Shown: positions 29,797-32,000 of the stretch, in pieces
Position numbering within the stretch: the first letter of the stretch is position 1
How the letters are laid out: every line of letters starts with the position of its first letter
Assembly (NCBI RefSeq): GCF_000185985.2
Contig: NC_014909.2
Coordinates: 210,001-242,000 of the forward strand
Direction: 5' to 3'
DNA: 32,000 bases
Source of the DNA: Candidatus Saccharimonadota bacterium
GTDB taxonomy: Bacteria > Pseudomonadota > Gammaproteobacteria > Enterobacterales > Enterobacteriaceae
Translations under genes and position numbers: made by a program
Notes under the pieces: generated by a model
Told to the model about the DNA's origin: nothing
Databases searched by the model: none
The model's input: the letters and a program-made list of their open reading frames with translations, nothing else

Positions 29797-30420
29797 ATGG
29801 CAAAATATTTGGGCCCCAAATTGAAATTAAGTCGACGGGAAAATACCGATCTTTTTTTAAAATCTGGGATTAGGTCTATTGATTCTAAGTGTAGATTTGA
29901 ACATTCTCCGGGACAACATAATATTCGTAAAGCTCGATATTCTGATTACGGAATGCAACTGAGAGAAAAACAAAAGGTTAAGCGCATATATGGTATATTA
30001 GAACGGCAGTTCGTCAATTATTATAAGAAAGCTGCCCGTATTAAAGGAAATACTGGTGAAATTTTATTGCAATTATTAGAAAGTAGATTAGATAATGTTG
30101 TATATCGTATGGGGTTTGGCTCGACAAGAGCTGAATCAAGGCAGTTGGTTAGCCATAAATCTGTTGTAGTAAATGGCCGTGTTGTAAATATACCATCTTA
30201 TCAGGTTATGTCAGATACTGTTATTCAAATAAGTACTCGATCTAAACATCAAACTAGGATTCATGCTGCTTTAGAAATTGCTGAACAACAACGGGAGCGT
30301 GTATTGTGGATTGAAGTTGATTCTATAAAATTAAAAGGTTTTTTTAAACGACGGCCTGAACGCAGTGAATTATCTGCAAATATTGATGAACATTTAATTG
30401 TTGAATTATATTCAAAGTAA
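29797..30420 (+). CDS. rpsD: 30S ribosomal protein S4
   Basis: [24 protein letters not shown]...[22 protein letters not shown]...[28 protein letters not shown] matches S4. Confidence 0.98.
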   Translation: MAKYLGPKLKLSRRENTDLFLKSGIRSIDSKCRFEHSPGQHNIRKARYSDYGMQLREKQKVKRIYGILERQFVNYYKKAARIKGNTGEILLQLLESRLDNVVYRMGFGSTRAESRQLVSHKSVVVNGRVVNIPSYQVMSDTVIQISTRSKHQTRIHAALEIAEQQRERVLWIEVDSIKLKGFFKRRPERSELSANIDEHLIVELYSK

Positions 30421-30460
30421 ATTCAACTCAGTATTAGATTGAGATTGCACAGAGGTAATT

Positions 30461-31465
30461 ATGCAGAGTCCTGAAAAGGAGTTTTTAAAACCGAGGTTAA
30501 TAAATATAGAAAAAATTTCTGAAGTACATGCCAAAATTACTTTAGAACCGTTAGAAAGAGGTTTTGGTCATACGTTAGGGAATGCCTTACGTCGTGTTTT
30601 GTTATCTTCTATGCCTGGATGCGCAGTAACAGAAGTTGAAATTGACGGAGTGTTACATGAATATGGGATAAAAGAAGGTATTCGGGAGGATGTTTTAGAA
30701 ATTTTGCTTAATTTAAAGACATTGGCAATTGCAATTGAAGGCAAAGATAGTATGATATTATCTTTAAAGAAATCTGGAGTGGGTCCGGTAGTGGCAAGTG
30801 ATATTTTGTATGATAGCAGTATTGTTAAAATAGTTAATCCAGCACATGTTATTTGTGTTATAACAGATGATCATGCAATTTTAAGTATGCGTATTAAAGT
30901 TCAACGTGGTAGAGGTTATGTGCCAGCTTTTTCTAAGTTTAATTCTATTCTTGATGAACAGCAGACGGCAATACCAATCGGCCGATTGGTATTAGATGCA
31001 TGTTATAGTCCTGTAGAAAGAGTGTCTTACACTGTAGAGGCAGCTCGAGTTGAAAAGCGTACAGATTTAGATAAATTAATTATTGATATGGAAACAAATG
31101 GAACAATAGATCCTGAAGAAGCTATTCGCCGAGCCGCTACTATTTTATCTGATCAATTATCTACATTTATTGATTTAAATAATGTTTATCAACCTGAAAT
31201 TAAAGAAGATAAGCCAGAGTTTGATCCTGCTTTATTACATCTTGTTGATGATTTAGAATTAACTGTACGTTCAGCGAATTGTTTAAAAGCTGAATCTATT
31301 CACTATATAGGAGATTTAGTTCAAAAGACAGAGGTAGAGTTATTAAAAACTCCTAATTTAGGAAAAAAATCTTTAACTGAAATAAAAGATGTATTGGCTT
31401 CTAGGGGATTATCTTTGGGTATGTGTTTAGAAAAATGGCCTCCAAAAAGTTTTACTGATCGGTAA
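30461..31465 (+). CDS. rpoA: DNA-directed RNA polymerase subunit alpha (NTD and CTD both present)
   Basis: [41 protein letters not shown] and the C-terminal [24 protein letters not shown]...[23 protein letters not shown] match RpoA. Confidence 0.98.
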   Translation: MQSPEKEFLKPRLINIEKISEVHAKITLEPLERGFGHTLGNALRRVLLSSMPGCAVTEVEIDGVLHEYGIKEGIREDVLEILLNLKTLAIAIEGKDSMILSLKKSGVGPVVASDILYDSSIVKIVNPAHVICVITDDHAILSMRIKVQRGRGYVPAFSKFNSILDEQQTAIPIGRLVLDACYSPVERVSYTVEAARVEKRTDLDKLIIDMETNGTIDPEEAIRRAATILSDQLSTFIDLNNVYQPEIKEDKPEFDPALLHLVDDLELTVRSANCLKAESIHYIGDLVQKTEVELLKTPNLGKKSLTEIKDVLASRGLSLGMCLEKWPPKSFTDR

Positions 31466-31517
31466 TAGCAATAAATTTAATTTCATTTAATATAATTTAA
31501 AGTTAGAAAATTTTGTT

Positions 31518-31892
31518 ATGAAACATCGCAAAAAAATTTTTAAATTAAATAAAAATAGTTCTCATCGAAAAGCTATATTTAAAAATATGGTAATTTCATT
31601 GATTACACATACTATAATTAAAACTACTTTATCTAAAGCTAAAGTATTGCGACAAATTGTTGAACCTATAATTACTAGAGGTAAACTAGATACAGTTTCA
31701 AATAGGAGATTAGTTTTTTCTAAAATTAGAAATGATGATGTTGTTAGTAAGTTATTCACTAAGGTTAGTCCTCATTTTTTGAATAGATCTGGAGGATATA
31801 CTCGCATATTAAAATGTGGTTTTAGAAAAGGTGATAATGCGCCTATGGCATATATAGAATTGATTGACAGAAATAAAATTTCACAATCATAA
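31518..31892 (+). CDS. rplQ: 50S ribosomal protein L17
   Basis: [24 protein letters not shown]...EPIITRGK...[28 protein letters not shown] matches L17. Last gene of the alpha operon. Confidence 0.96.
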   Translation: MKHRKKIFKLNKNSSHRKAIFKNMVISLITHTIIKTTLSKAKVLRQIVEPIITRGKLDTVSNRRLVFSKIRNDDVVSKLFTKVSPHFLNRSGGYTRILKCGFRKGDNAPMAYIELIDRNKISQS

Positions 31893-32000
31893 AATTAAAT
31901 TTTTTTTTCATTTTAGCACAGCATTAATAGGAAACCATAACGAGTATGAATTTAAAAGACATTTAACAGGGGTTTTTTTCTTACCTGGTATTTGTAATAT

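Overview
This window is a dense, almost entirely plus-strand block of core housekeeping genes from a very AT-rich, reduced gammaproteobacterial genome. G+C looks like roughly a quarter by eye (not computed). Gene order is Enterobacterales-like, which fits an obligate insect endosymbiont, but the genus cannot be determined from this window.

Gene content, in order:
- alaS (3' part), csrA, tRNA-Ser, tRNA-Arg
- rpsP-rimM-trmD-rplS
- aroF-tyrA, with a truncated pheA on the minus strand
- bamD (minus strand), rluD, clpB
- murB, birA
- tRNA-Thr/Tyr/Gly/Thr
- bfr
- the complete S10, spc and alpha ribosomal-protein operons (rpsJ through rplQ, including secY and rpoA)

Three short conserved genes missing from the ORF track were recovered by reading the sequence: csrA, rpmD and rpmJ. 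Six tRNAs were folded by hand. Several track ORFs have spurious N-terminal extensions and were re-started by homology.

I find no CRISPR array, mobile element, phage gene, defence gene, toxin-antitoxin pair or rRNA, and I see no evidence of a novel multi-gene system. This is an ordinary core region.

What is worth a second look is domain-level and regulatory erosion:
- pheA is cut down to its dehydratase domain.
- birA lacks its repressor domain.
- Bfr has lost its heme-ligand Met52, and bfd is absent.
- BamD contains no cysteine.
- None of the tRNA genes encodes a 3' CCA.
- Two gene-order junctions fall exactly where E. coli carries rrn and tuf repeats.
- There are three unusually long gene-free spacers.

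All homology statements come from visual alignment to remembered E. coli K-12 sequences. No database search was run.
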